Positions 30,607 through 40,326 of a stretch of DNA of 64,000 nucleotides are shown here, piece by piece; the stretch's first letter is position 1, and each line of letters starts with the position of its first letter. The notes below the pieces were generated by a model. The model searched no databases. It was not told where the DNA came from and was given only the letters and a program-made list of their open reading frames with translations. The position numbers and the translations under genes were made by a program. The DNA is from Candidatus Daviesbacteria bacterium (GTDB lineage: Bacteria; Patescibacteriota; Microgenomatia; Daviesbacterales; UBA10151). The stretch spans positions 386,477 through 450,476 of the forward strand of contig JACOXI010000003.1 of assembly GCA_016176335.1 (NCBI GenBank), read 5' to 3'.

Positions 30607-31559
30607 AAAAAAATCAAATATTAGTTACTGGTGGCGCAGGATTTATCGGTAGTGAAGTAGTCCGGCAATTACTTGAGAAAGGGTATCATGTAAGAGTTGC
30701 AGATGACCTAAGTAAAAAGATAGCTTACATCCCTCAAAGAGCTGAATTTCTAAAAATTGATTTAACCAAGAAGAAAGCAGCTCTTCGGGTCATGGAAAAT
30801 ATAGATTGTTGTATTCATTTGGCAGCTAAGATTGGAGGTATTGGTTATTTTCATAAATACCCGGCAACGATTCTATCTGAAAATAATAAGATGTATTCCG
30901 CAATCTTTGAAGCAGCAGTTGCGAAAAAAATCAAAAGAATTATATACCTTTCATCCTCGATGGTTTTTGAATCAACAAATATCTTTCCGTCTAAAGAGAG
31001 AGATATTGCAAATATACCTCCTCCAGTCAGTAGTTATGGTTTCTCTAAATTGGTGGGGGAATGGTATTGTAAGTCATTCAAAGAAGAATTTGGATTAAAT
31101 TATACTATCATTAGGCCCTTTAATGCCTATGGCATCAATGAACTTCCAGGAGAAGAGGCAGGAGATACTCACGTTATACCGGATCTTATTAAGAAAATTC
31201 TTACCGAGCAAAACCCATTGGAAATTTTAGGTAGCGGTAATCAAACAAGATGTTTCACTCACGTTACTGACATTGTCAGAGGAATTATTATGGCAATGGA
31301 ATCAAAAGAGGCAGAAAATGAAGATTTTAATATTGGTTCTGAAGAAGAGATTCGTATAAAAGATTTAGCAAAATATATCTTTGAAATTATTTATAAAAAC
31401 AAACCCTTAAAAATAAAATTCATTTCTGGATTTAAGTATGATATTAAAAGAAGAGTCCCATCCACTACTAAGGCGAGAAGGATTTTAGGTTGGAAACCAG
31501 AGAAGAAATTAGAAAGGGAGTTACCTATAATTATAGATTGGATTAAAATTCATATATGA
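30603..31559 (+). CDS. NAD-dependent nucleotide-sugar epimerase/decarboxylase (extended SDR)
   Basis: [44 protein letters not shown]. Confidence 0.88.
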   Translation: MKKNQILVTGGAGFIGSEVVRQLLEKGYHVRVADDLSKKIAYIPQRAEFLKIDLTKKKAALRVMENIDCCIHLAAKIGGIGYFHKYPATILSENNKMYSAIFEAAVAKKIKRIIYLSSSMVFESTNIFPSKERDIANIPPPVSSYGFSKLVGEWYCKSFKEEFGLNYTIIRPFNAYGINELPGEEAGDTHVIPDLIKKILTEQNPLEILGSGNQTRCFTHVTDIVRGIIMAMESKEAENEDFNIGSEEEIRIKDLAKYIFEIIYKNKPLKIKFISGFKYDIKRRVPSTTKARRILGWKPEKKLERELPIIIDWIKIHI

Positions 31560-32392
31560 AGAAGAAAGATTTAGTCTCGGTAGTGATCACAACAAAAAAT
31601 GAAGAAGATGCGATAAGTAATCTTTTGGAAAGTATCACAAAACAAACATATAAAAACATTGAAATAATTTTAGTAGATAACAATTCAGAAGATAATACTT
31701 TGAAAATTGCAAGAAGGTTTAAGAAAGTCAAAGTTTATAACTGGGGTCCGGAAAGAAGTTCTCAAAGAAATTATGGTGCGAAAAAAAGTTTTGGGGAATA
31801 TCTCTTATTTTTGGATGCAGATATGAAACTCTCACCTAAAGTAGTAGAAGTTTGCGTCAAGATTACAAAATCAAAAAAAAATATTGGTTCGGTTGTGATT
31901 CCAGAACAATCTGAAGCTTATATGTTTTGGGAAAAGGTTAAAGCATTCGAAAGATCGTTTTACAATGAGAAGGGGGATCCGATAACAGATGCGGCCAGAT
32001 TTTTCAAAAGGAGTGTTTTTGAGAAAGCTGGAAGATATGATGAAACAATAACGGGTCCTGAAGACTGGGATCTTCCTGAAACCATAAGAGAGTTAGGGTA
32101 TAAAGATGGTAGGATTTCTGAAAAGATTTACCATCGGGAAAGGGCCACCTCCTTGATAGCCTTGTTTAAGAAGAAGTTCTACTATGGATTATATGCCCAT
32201 AAATATTTGAGAAAACATAATATCCCAATCGTTAGCCCTAAGACAGTCTATTTTTTAAGGCCTCTATTTTATAAAAGCTGGAAGAGATTGTTATCGCAAC
32301 CCTTGCTTGCTCTGGGGATGATTGCGATGCTTATCACACAAACATTAGGCGGAGGATCAGGTTATTTAATAGGTAGAATCAGGAAACTTTAA
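31556..32392 (+). CDS. GT2 glycosyltransferase
   Basis: VSVVITTKNEE, VDN.S.D, ERS.QRN.G, LDAD, GPEDWD. Confidence 0.88.
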   Translation: MKKKDLVSVVITTKNEEDAISNLLESITKQTYKNIEIILVDNNSEDNTLKIARRFKKVKVYNWGPERSSQRNYGAKKSFGEYLLFLDADMKLSPKVVEVCVKITKSKKNIGSVVIPEQSEAYMFWEKVKAFERSFYNEKGDPITDAARFFKRSVFEKAGRYDETITGPEDWDLPETIRELGYKDGRISEKIYHRERATSLIALFKKKFYYGLYAHKYLRKHNIPIVSPKTVYFLRPLFYKSWKRLLSQPLLALGMIAMLITQTLGGGSGYLIGRIRKL

Positions 32393-32397
32393 GCCGC

Positions 32398-33231
32398 ATG
32401 TCATTGCAACAGTCAAGAGATCTATTAAATAAATTACTCGGCAATGTAGGAGATATGTCCCTTAAAAGAAGGGCATCTAAAATATTAGAGGGGTTGGATT
32501 TAAAAGTGGGAGATAAAGTTTTAGATGTTGGCTGCGGAGATGGATTTTTTTTGTATTTGATATCCACCTTACCAATTAAATTGAGTTTGGTAGGTTTTGA
32601 TAATGACAAAAAAATCTTAACTATAGCCAGAAAGAATTTGGCTCATAAAAGATTAAGACTAGTAAACGGAGACGCTACTGCAATGCCTTTTGCGGAAAAC
32701 AGTTTCAACCAAGTAATCATGACGGAAGTTTTAGAACATGTACAAAACGAAAGAAAATCCGTATCCGAAGTGTATAGAGTTTTAAAACCAAACGGTATAC
32801 TTGTTCTTACAGTCCCCGGTTACAATTTCCCGTTTCTTTGGGACCCTTTAAATTGGATTTTACAAAATATTTTCGGAACCCATATTTCCGGCACTAATTT
32901 TTTTGCCGGAATTTGGGCCAGACATCTAAGGCTTTACAAAAGAAATAATCTGAAAAAGCTAATCAAAAATGCAGGTTTTAAAATTGAAGAGGCGGAGGAG
33001 CTAACTACACGATGTCTACCTTTCAACCACTATCTGGTTAATTTGGTAGCCAGGCTTTTATATGATGTTAAGCCGAGTTTTGTCACTTTGGAGTCTTTAA
33101 GCAAGTTTAAAAATGCCAAAAAGCCATTACTTATCAGATTAGCTTTTTTCTTAGTTAATACTTTCGATAAATTAAATGATATTCTACCGGGTAAAAACGG
33201 CCTAAATATTTATATTAAGGCCAGGAAATAA
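32398..33231 (+). CDS. Class I SAM-dependent methyltransferase
   Basis: VLDVGCGDG, GDATAMPF, EVLEHV, RVLKPNG.L..TVP. Confidence 0.88.
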   Translation: MSLQQSRDLLNKLLGNVGDMSLKRRASKILEGLDLKVGDKVLDVGCGDGFFLYLISTLPIKLSLVGFDNDKKILTIARKNLAHKRLRLVNGDATAMPFAENSFNQVIMTEVLEHVQNERKSVSEVYRVLKPNGILVLTVPGYNFPFLWDPLNWILQNIFGTHISGTNFFAGIWARHLRLYKRNNLKKLIKNAGFKIEEAEELTTRCLPFNHYLVNLVARLLYDVKPSFVTLESLSKFKNAKKPLLIRLAFFLVNTFDKLNDILPGKNGLNIYIKARK

Positions 33232-33232
33232 T

Positions 33233-34249
33233 TTAAGTTTGCAAAAACTGTCTAAAATCAGAGAACAGGGATTTGGATGAAAAAAGAGCATAGTCTTTTT
33301 CAGACAAAGACTTTGCCCCAATTTTTTTAATTTTATTTCTTGAAACAATAATATCAGGAAGATGAAATATAACCCAAATTAGAGATGTTAATCGAACCCG
33401 GCCCATATTCCAGTTCCTTCGAATAATCCACTCATAAAGGATGATCAGTTGGTACAATAAAATTGTGACAGGTAAAGATTTAAGTAGCAGCCAGACAGGA
33501 TAATTTTTCAGCATAGTAATTAACCTGTTTTTATTAAAATGCCATTTAACTTTTACCCTGATGAAATCTGCCAGATCCGTGGCTGCCCTTTTATGATATA
33601 TAACTGCATCCGGAAACCTTTTAACTTTATAACCTAACCTTCTTACTCTTAGTGCCAAATCCATATCCTCATAACCTATACCAAAAATGGGGTCATACCC
33701 ACCTAGTTTTTCAAAAATGCTTTTTCTTATCACACAGGCAGAACCGCTTGCAGAAAGTATTTCTTCAACATGGTTATATTGTCCTTTATCGATTTCTCCA
33801 AAGCCAATGGTAACTGGGTTTCCGAATATATCCATGCTTTCACCGGCGCTGTCTATTTTTTTATGATCCGTGTAGTTTAAAAGTTTACCTTGCGCAATTG
33901 CTAATTTTTTATCTTTTTCAAATTCTTTGACTAAATTATTTAAGTACGTTTTTGTTATAGCCACATCATTATTAAAATATGCTAGATATTTACCGGTTGC
34001 TTTCTCTGCTCCTAAATTTAATCCTTGACTGTACATGTTGATTGGGTTCTCCAAAACAATGCAATTTTTGTAATTTTTAAACCTTTTGTTAAGATATTTA
34101 ACACTATCATCAGTTGAGGCATTATCCACAACAATTAATTCCCAATTAGGATAGCCTGGTTTGATTAGAAAGTTTATACAAGCACCAATTAAGTTAAGCT
34201 GTACACCATTAATATTTGAAACAATCATTGATACTGTAGGCTTTGTCAT
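33233..34249 (-). CDS. GT2 glycosyltransferase (WbbL-like)
   Basis: VVDNASTD, N.GA, FNND, GGYD, YED.DL..R. Confidence 0.87.
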   Translation of the reverse strand: MTKPTVSMIVSNINGVQLNLIGACINFLIKPGYPNWELIVVDNASTDDSVKYLNKRFKNYKNCIVLENPINMYSQGLNLGAEKATGKYLAYFNNDVAITKTYLNNLVKEFEKDKKLAIAQGKLLNYTDHKKIDSAGESMDIFGNPVTIGFGEIDKGQYNHVEEILSASGSACVIRKSIFEKLGGYDPIFGIGYEDMDLALRVRRLGYKVKRFPDAVIYHKRAATDLADFIRVKVKWHFNKNRLITMLKNYPVWLLLKSLPVTILLYQLIILYEWIIRRNWNMGRVRLTSLIWVIFHLPDIIVSRNKIKKIGAKSLSEKDYALFSSKSLFSDFRQFLQT

Positions 34250-34256
34250 GCTGTCG

Positions 34257-34287
34257 ATTATACATTAAAAAAGAAAGGTTGTAGAAT
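34257..34287. promoter_or_regulatory. Divergent promoter pair: TATAAT (minus strand, 34257-34262) and TAGAAT (plus strand, 34282-34287)
   Basis: The boxes lie 7 nt and 6 nt from the ATGs at 34249 and 34294, in a 44-nt intergenic region. Confidence 0.55.
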
Positions 34288-34293
34288 GAAAAA

Positions 34294-35448
34294 ATGAACA
34301 TACTTTTAATATCTCCATATTTTTCACCCGCCGTTGGTGGCGTTGAGACTCACTTGACCGATCTTTGTAAATACTTGGTATCAAAAAAGCATCAAGTTTT
34401 TGTGAGAACTTATAAAGCCATGGGAGTAAAAAATAGAGGAGAGACAGAGGAAGAAGGTAAGTTTTTAAAAATTCACAGATTTTGGTGGCCGGATTTTAAC
34501 TTAATCTTTAAATTAGAAAAATATCCCGTATTAAAATTCCTATATCTTTTTACTGGTTTATTTTTTGATTGTTTCATTTTTATGATTAAAAATTCAAAAA
34601 AAATAGATGTTATTCAATCACATGGATTTATTGCAGCCATGATGGGTGTAATTTTGGGAAAATTATTTAATAAAAGAGTAGTAATTAACACACATGTCGG
34701 TTTTAGATTCAACAAGGGTTTTATGACCGAAATAATAAAATGGACTTTGTTAAATTCAGATAAAATTCTTGTGCTAACCACTGGTATTAAGAAATCGCTT
34801 GTTAATTTGGGAATACCCGAAAAGAAAATTGATATTTACCACTACTGGGTAGATCAAAGAATTTTCAAAAGACAAAAAAATGGCAAGGAAAAATTGGGCT
34901 GGAAGGATAAATTTATTGTGTTATTTGTGGGAAGATTAATTGAGGTTAAAGGGGTCAAAAAAATATTTGATCTTGCTAAAGTATTAAAAGATATGAGATT
35001 TGTCATAATAGGATTAGGGCCTCTTGCTCATCAGTTAAAACAAAAATCCTCAAGTTATAAAAACGTTGAGTTTGTTGGCAAGATAGATAATGAAAATTTA
35101 CCGCTATATTATAGTGCTGCTGATATTCTTTTGATTCCATCCCAACTTATTGAGCAAGAGTATGGAGAAGGGATACCAAGGGTTATGATTGAAGCGTTAT
35201 CTTGCGGTTTGCCTGTTATTTCTACAAAATCAGGCGCGATTTCGGATATTTTTAGTGATCGAATAGGCATTTTGGTTGAAGATGACATTGAATCAATGAG
35301 AAAGGCGATAGAAAAGTTTTATAAGAATAAAATCTATTATCAGATCATTGCGGAAAATTGCCGTCGATACGCGTTGAATCATTTTAGCATAAATAATGCT
35401 CACATAATCGAAGAGAGTTTATTCTGGTTTTTAAAAAAGTTTTTATAA
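34294..35448 (+). CDS. GT4 glycosyltransferase
   Basis: P..GGVE, LFVGRL..KG, EG.PRV.IEALSCG.PV. Confidence 0.9.
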   Translation: MNILLISPYFSPAVGGVETHLTDLCKYLVSKKHQVFVRTYKAMGVKNRGETEEEGKFLKIHRFWWPDFNLIFKLEKYPVLKFLYLFTGLFFDCFIFMIKNSKKIDVIQSHGFIAAMMGVILGKLFNKRVVINTHVGFRFNKGFMTEIIKWTLLNSDKILVLTTGIKKSLVNLGIPEKKIDIYHYWVDQRIFKRQKNGKEKLGWKDKFIVLFVGRLIEVKGVKKIFDLAKVLKDMRFVIIGLGPLAHQLKQKSSSYKNVEFVGKIDNENLPLYYSAADILLIPSQLIEQEYGEGIPRVMIEALSCGLPVISTKSGAISDIFSDRIGILVEDDIESMRKAIEKFYKNKIYYQIIAENCRRYALNHFSINNAHIIEESLFWFLKKFL

Positions 35449-36581
35449 ATTCTTTTATAATTATATTTTCTTGCTAATTTAAGAGCACTTTTAGAATATT
35501 TAGTTTGAAATTTGATGAGATTGCCGACAGACCTAATAAAATTTGCTTTATCATGGTAATCTACTACAATTCCTGCCTTGCTCTTGTTTATTTCGTTGGA
35601 GAAAGGGGTAACATTTGTACAGATGACTGGTACACCAACACTAAGATAAGTTTTTATTTTTGAGGGATCAGCAAAATAGGCAGGATTATTGGTGGTTGGA
35701 GTATAAGTCGCAACTCCTATAGACCATTTCTTCATAATTTTTGTGACTTTTTCGAGGGATTCGATATAACCATAAAATTTAACTATTTTTTGATAATATT
35801 TTAATCTTTTCTTTAACTTATCCTCATATGGACCAGAACCGACAATTTCAATTTTTAAGTCGGGAAGATTTTTTAAGATTTTAGGTAAAGTATCAACCAA
35901 TAAATCTAACCCTTGGGATTGTTTTATTACTCCTAGATAACCAATAGTAGGTATAGACTTCCGCATAAGTTTAATGGGTTTGACATTGGCTCCGATTGGA
36001 ATTACGGGATGGGATTTATTTTCAGGAAATAAGCCAAACTTTTTTCTAATTTTTTGTAATTTGGCGCTAAGAAAAAAGGTATGAGTAGATTCTTGAGCAC
36101 CAAATTTATCTAAATGCCAATAGAGCGACCTCATAATTTTTACTTCTAAAGAATTACCTTGGGTGGGATAATAGTCCCAAATCCAAAAAATAGTTTCATT
36201 GACTATCCCTATTTTCTTAAGAATAATTCCTAGCCAGGCTGTTAATGCATTGACTGAAAAAAAATAATCAAACTTATTTCCTCTAATCCTTAAAAGAAAA
36301 ATCCACCAAAGAAGTTGTAATAAAAATAGTGTTCCAGTTATGGGAAGTAAAAAGTATAACAATGACTCCGGGACGCTAAGATTAAAAAAAGTTAGACGAT
36401 ACGCTTGTTGTCCTCTTTTATATATTGTAAGTGTATTTTTTTGTTTTGCCTTTCCTAATTTATGAAATTGAAATGAGAAATGAGCAACAAATAAAAAATT
36501 TTCTACAAAAAAATCTAAAATGTTGCCAGCGTTATCATATGGTGCAAAATTTGCATAAATTATCGCTTTGGGTATTCTCAT
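35400..36581 (-). CDS. GT4-type (GT-B) glycosyltransferase
   Basis: YLG.I...QGLD, I.GSGP, DPSKIK.Y...GVPV. Start set at ATG 36581. Confidence 0.78.
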   Translation of the reverse strand: MRIPKAIIYANFAPYDNAGNILDFFVENFLFVAHFSFQFHKLGKAKQKNTLTIYKRGQQAYRLTFFNLSVPESLLYFLLPITGTLFLLQLLWWIFLLRIRGNKFDYFFSVNALTAWLGIILKKIGIVNETIFWIWDYYPTQGNSLEVKIMRSLYWHLDKFGAQESTHTFFLSAKLQKIRKKFGLFPENKSHPVIPIGANVKPIKLMRKSIPTIGYLGVIKQSQGLDLLVDTLPKILKNLPDLKIEIVGSGPYEDKLKKRLKYYQKIVKFYGYIESLEKVTKIMKKWSIGVATYTPTTNNPAYFADPSKIKTYLSVGVPVICTNVTPFSNEINKSKAGIVVDYHDKANFIRSVGNLIKFQTKYSKSALKLARKYNYKRIYKNFFKNQNKLSSIM

Positions 36582-36763
36582 CTGAACCCTGTTTCCTGTA
36601 ACGGTAATAGTAACGTAGACAAGTTTTGATTGCAATGTAAAAATGCTTATATCCCAGATGTATACAAAGATTTTGGAATAAAAAATTTGTGGTATTATTC
36701 GTGAGGGATAAATATAAGTTATATGCCCTATAAATCTTTGGTATAAAAAATTCCAAATGACAA

Positions 36764-39316
36764 ATGATAGCCTTTATGACTAGTAAAGTTAGTGTCATTA
36801 TTTTAATTACCATTTGTTTCTTTTTTACCCTTTCTTGGTACAAGCATGGTTTGATTATAGGTGGAGCAGAAGAGGGCTTGATTTTTCTCGATCCGCATAA
36901 AACCCAAGATTTATACAAATATACATGGGAAGATATACATTACGGTGGACCACAGACTGTTACCGTGACCCGTTACCCAAATTTTGTCTTTTTAGGATAT
37001 CTTAAAGATCTTGGTGTTCCCTCTGCTTTAATACAAATATTTACTTTCTTAACTTTAATTCTTACTTCAGCTATCTTTACATATCTTTTTGCAAAAGAAA
37101 TTTTAGGCAATAAACAAATGTATTGTTTACTTGCAGCATTGTTTTATATTGGGAACACTTTTGTTTTTTTCAATATTTGGCATCGATTTTTATTAGCAAT
37201 GTTTTTTTTTGAGCCTCTCTTACCAGCCTCCATATATTTTCTTTACAAAGTTTTTAAGACAAATAATATTTTATATTTGTTGTCCTTTCTTTTGATCTCT
37301 TTTATTTTATCATCAGCTTTTTCATTACCATCTAACGTAATTACGTTATGGGTCGTATTGTTTTTTCTCTTACTCTCAAATCTGATTGAAATTAGAAAGT
37401 CTTCAATATCTTTACTTAAATATGTAGGATGGTTTGTACTTTTTCTTTTGAGTTGGGTTTTAACTAATCTTTGGTGGATTATACCTTTAAATTATCAGGC
37501 AACGGTAGTATATTCACCTGTCTTTGGTACAAATGAAAACATTGCGGTGTTAAGAAGTATAAGTAACCAATTTCCGTTTCTAACCGCTATAACACTTGGT
37601 TACAAAAGTATGCTTTCAATGCTACAAGGAATAATTAGTTTTGTCATGCTACTTGTCGTATGGCTTGGTTTCAAGGAGACGAAATCTAAAGATACGAGGA
37701 ACTTCTTATTAATAATAGTACTTGTTAGTTACTTTGTTTTAAATGGATCTAATTTTCCCACCGGAAAGATATTTGAATTCTTTTTTGAGAAGATCTCTCA
37801 ACTTCAACTTTTGAGAAATCCTTACGAGAAATTTGGGATTGTTCTTACTTTTGCATACTCACTGCTTTTTCCCTTAGGAATATTATATCTGTCAAAAATT
37901 TCTCGATATATCTCTATATTTTTAGTAATTTTGATATTTGGTTTTCTATTTATTCCTGTTTGGGGAGGAAAGGTTTTCGGAGATGACAATATAAATTTTT
38001 ATGTCAGTGTTCCAGCTGATTACAAAAAGGTTAATGAATTATTAAATCAGGATACTGACGAATTCAGGATTTTACAATTGCCGCTTTTAGTAAGTGGAGG
38101 CTTAGCATACAACTGGCCAAATAAATATTTTGGTATACCTCCAAATTCCTTTCTTTTCGATAAACCTTCTCTTGAAGGTTTGGTATCAATGAAGAATCCT
38201 GATAATTACTGGAGGGCATTAAGAGAGGGTTTTTATACTGGAAAGATTAGACAACTGTTAAAATACGCAAATATAAGATACCTGGTTTTGCATAAGGATA
38301 TAGATACAGATTATTCTCAGTCTGAAGATACAGAGACAACTTTATTTTATTTAAACCATGGAATTATTCCAGATTCTCTTTCCTCCTTTCGGATTTGTCA
38401 CGATTTAACAGAGCTAACATATATTTTTAGAAAAGTTCAATTTTTCGGAGAGTGTAAATTAGATTCCCTAAATTCAGATTGGTCGAATATAAACTTTCTA
38501 AGTTTTGAAATGCAATCAGACGGTGCAGGTCAAATTAGGGTAGATATTGTCGATCGGGATGGGCAGCGCTTGGTCTTTGAAGGCAAATCAGAAAATATTT
38601 ATACGCTATCTGAAAACGAAGTCAACAAAACAAAGCTGTTTACTTTAAACATAAAAGTTCCCACTGAAAAGTATGCAAAGTTTTCTCCTATTAATGTAGA
38701 TCATCTCGAATTAACTTTTATTCCAAGTTCAGTTAATCTAATTCCGAAAGTAAGGATCGGGAGTATCTATTTGGATAAGGGGACGACAATAGCAAATGAC
38801 TACTGGAGTAAAATTTATTCCACTGCTAATTTGGAAATTTATCGGATTAATGACAGCTATTTCTATCCAAGAATATATGCAGTCGGCAGTCTATTGGAAG
38901 TTGATAATTGGAATTCTTTATTAAAATTAAATTCCTTGCCGGATGCTTTTTATCTTAGGGATCAACAAGATAAAGATATTAATTACGACACAAATTTAGA
39001 CAAACCTGATATCGAGTTTAAAAAAATAAATAATACAAGGTATGAAATTTACATAAAAAATGCAAAAACTCCTTTTTGGCTAGTGTTTTCCGAAACTTTT
39101 TCTCCTGATTGGAAAGCCAAATTAAGAAACGGCCAGGAGTTTGCACATTTTACTGTAAACGGATTTACTAATGGTTATTTTATCAATCAAACTGGCGATT
39201 TCACGCTTGAGCTAGAGTATATTGTTCAACAAGGAATTGAGAAATATAGAGCAATTTCGCTTCTGGCGTTTATTGCGATTGTAATAATTGCGACTCTTAA
39301 AAAGAGAGCTTTTTAA
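36764..39316 (+). CDS. Large AftD/DUF3367-like GT-C with extracytoplasmic beta-domain and YfhO-like tail
   Basis: N.WWI.P, LRNPYEKF, VP..Y, RIL.LP, NIRY.VLH.D, LVFSETF...W, NG..NG motifs. Confidence 0.7.
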   Translation: MIAFMTSKVSVIILITICFFFTLSWYKHGLIIGGAEEGLIFLDPHKTQDLYKYTWEDIHYGGPQTVTVTRYPNFVFLGYLKDLGVPSALIQIFTFLTLILTSAIFTYLFAKEILGNKQMYCLLAALFYIGNTFVFFNIWHRFLLAMFFFEPLLPASIYFLYKVFKTNNILYLLSFLLISFILSSAFSLPSNVITLWVVLFFLLLSNLIEIRKSSISLLKYVGWFVLFLLSWVLTNLWWIIPLNYQATVVYSPVFGTNENIAVLRSISNQFPFLTAITLGYKSMLSMLQGIISFVMLLVVWLGFKETKSKDTRNFLLIIVLVSYFVLNGSNFPTGKIFEFFFEKISQLQLLRNPYEKFGIVLTFAYSLLFPLGILYLSKISRYISIFLVILIFGFLFIPVWGGKVFGDDNINFYVSVPADYKKVNELLNQDTDEFRILQLPLLVSGGLAYNWPNKYFGIPPNSFLFDKPSLEGLVSMKNPDNYWRALREGFYTGKIRQLLKYANIRYLVLHKDIDTDYSQSEDTETTLFYLNHGIIPDSLSSFRICHDLTELTYIFRKVQFFGECKLDSLNSDWSNINFLSFEMQSDGAGQIRVDIVDRDGQRLVFEGKSENIYTLSENEVNKTKLFTLNIKVPTEKYAKFSPINVDHLELTFIPSSVNLIPKVRIGSIYLDKGTTIANDYWSKIYSTANLEIYRINDSYFYPRIYAVGSLLEVDNWNSLLKLNSLPDAFYLRDQQDKDINYDTNLDKPDIEFKKINNTRYEIYIKNAKTPFWLVFSETFSPDWKAKLRNGQEFAHFTVNGFTNGYFINQTGDFTLELEYIVQQGIEKYRAISLLAFIAIVIIATLKKRAF

Positions 39317-40310
39317 GTAACCATTTTATTTCCGATATTGCGTATGCAATCACCATTCCGAAACAAATTAACGGATGCAAAAACCAAGCTCGATCCCGAA
39401 TCCTTGCATACCCCCTCACACTTTCAATAAAAGGAATAATAAATGTGAAAGAGAAAATAATGTATTTTGTCAGGTTGATTCGATCTTGATAAGAATTCCA
39501 ATTAAATACTAGATATTTTCTTTTACCTCTGTTTTGATCATAAAACTGTTCTTTTGCCTCAATTCTTCTTTTTATTAAATCAATTATATTGGCTTTTTGG
39601 GTGTGAATAATTGAATTATTTACAACTCCAAAAGTATTATATCCGAGGTCGAGAAGCTCACTAAAAGCATCTGTATGCATGTATGTTTCATAATCCTTAA
39701 CCACTCTCTTCATAACACTTGTTAGAAACAAGTGGCCATTGTCACCCAAAGTAGGTAGATTATCTTGATTAAACTGTACGATGTAATAATCCTGAGTTTT
39801 TTTTATAACTTTCCCCTTATTATATTGAGTCTTGTCCATCCGTATTTTTTCTGTTTTATTAAGGTAGTATAGTGTTGGATCAGGTGATCCAAAAAGCGCA
39901 CAGTATCTTGTTGTAGCAGGCATATCTTTGTGATAAGAGTTATATGCGCTGAATGTGCAAAAAACTTTACCATCCTCTATAAAGGGTTTAACCATTTTTA
40001 AAAGCCAGTCGCTTGATGTAAGGATATTATCTGATTGAAGCATGAGAATTAGATCCCCTTTTGCCTTTTTAATTGCTATACCAACACGAGCTTCGTCTTT
40101 ATCTTTTAAATCTTTTCTTACTATTACCAAACAACCGTATCTTCTTGCCAGTTCGGGGCTCTTATTGGTGGATCCACCATCCATGACAATATGCTGAATT
40201 AACTTTTTTGGATATTTTTGTAGCTTAAGCGAATCTAAAACCTGCTTAAAAGTCGGTATATGACTATCTAATACACCTGTAATAACAGTGATCGAGGGAA
40301 GATTTTTCAT
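39297..40310 (-). CDS. GT2 glycosyltransferase
   Basis: SITVIT, Q.YP, DGGS, KAKGDL, QSDN in place of DxD, PTLGDNG. Confidence 0.8.
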   Translation of the reverse strand: MKNLPSITVITGVLDSHIPTFKQVLDSLKLQKYPKKLIQHIVMDGGSTNKSPELARRYGCLVIVRKDLKDKDEARVGIAIKKAKGDLILMLQSDNILTSSDWLLKMVKPFIEDGKVFCTFSAYNSYHKDMPATTRYCALFGSPDPTLYYLNKTEKIRMDKTQYNKGKVIKKTQDYYIVQFNQDNLPTLGDNGHLFLTSVMKRVVKDYETYMHTDAFSELLDLGYNTFGVVNNSIIHTQKANIIDLIKRRIEAKEQFYDQNRGKRKYLVFNWNSYQDRINLTKYIIFSFTFIIPFIESVRGYARIRDRAWFLHPLICFGMVIAYAISEIKWLLKKLSF

Positions 40311-40326
40311 TTTTTTATTAAGTCTT

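Noticed and set aside
36535-36918. 127-aa minus-strand ORF spanning the divergent intergenic region
   Set aside because: It overlaps both flanking genes, has atypical composition and shows no motif.
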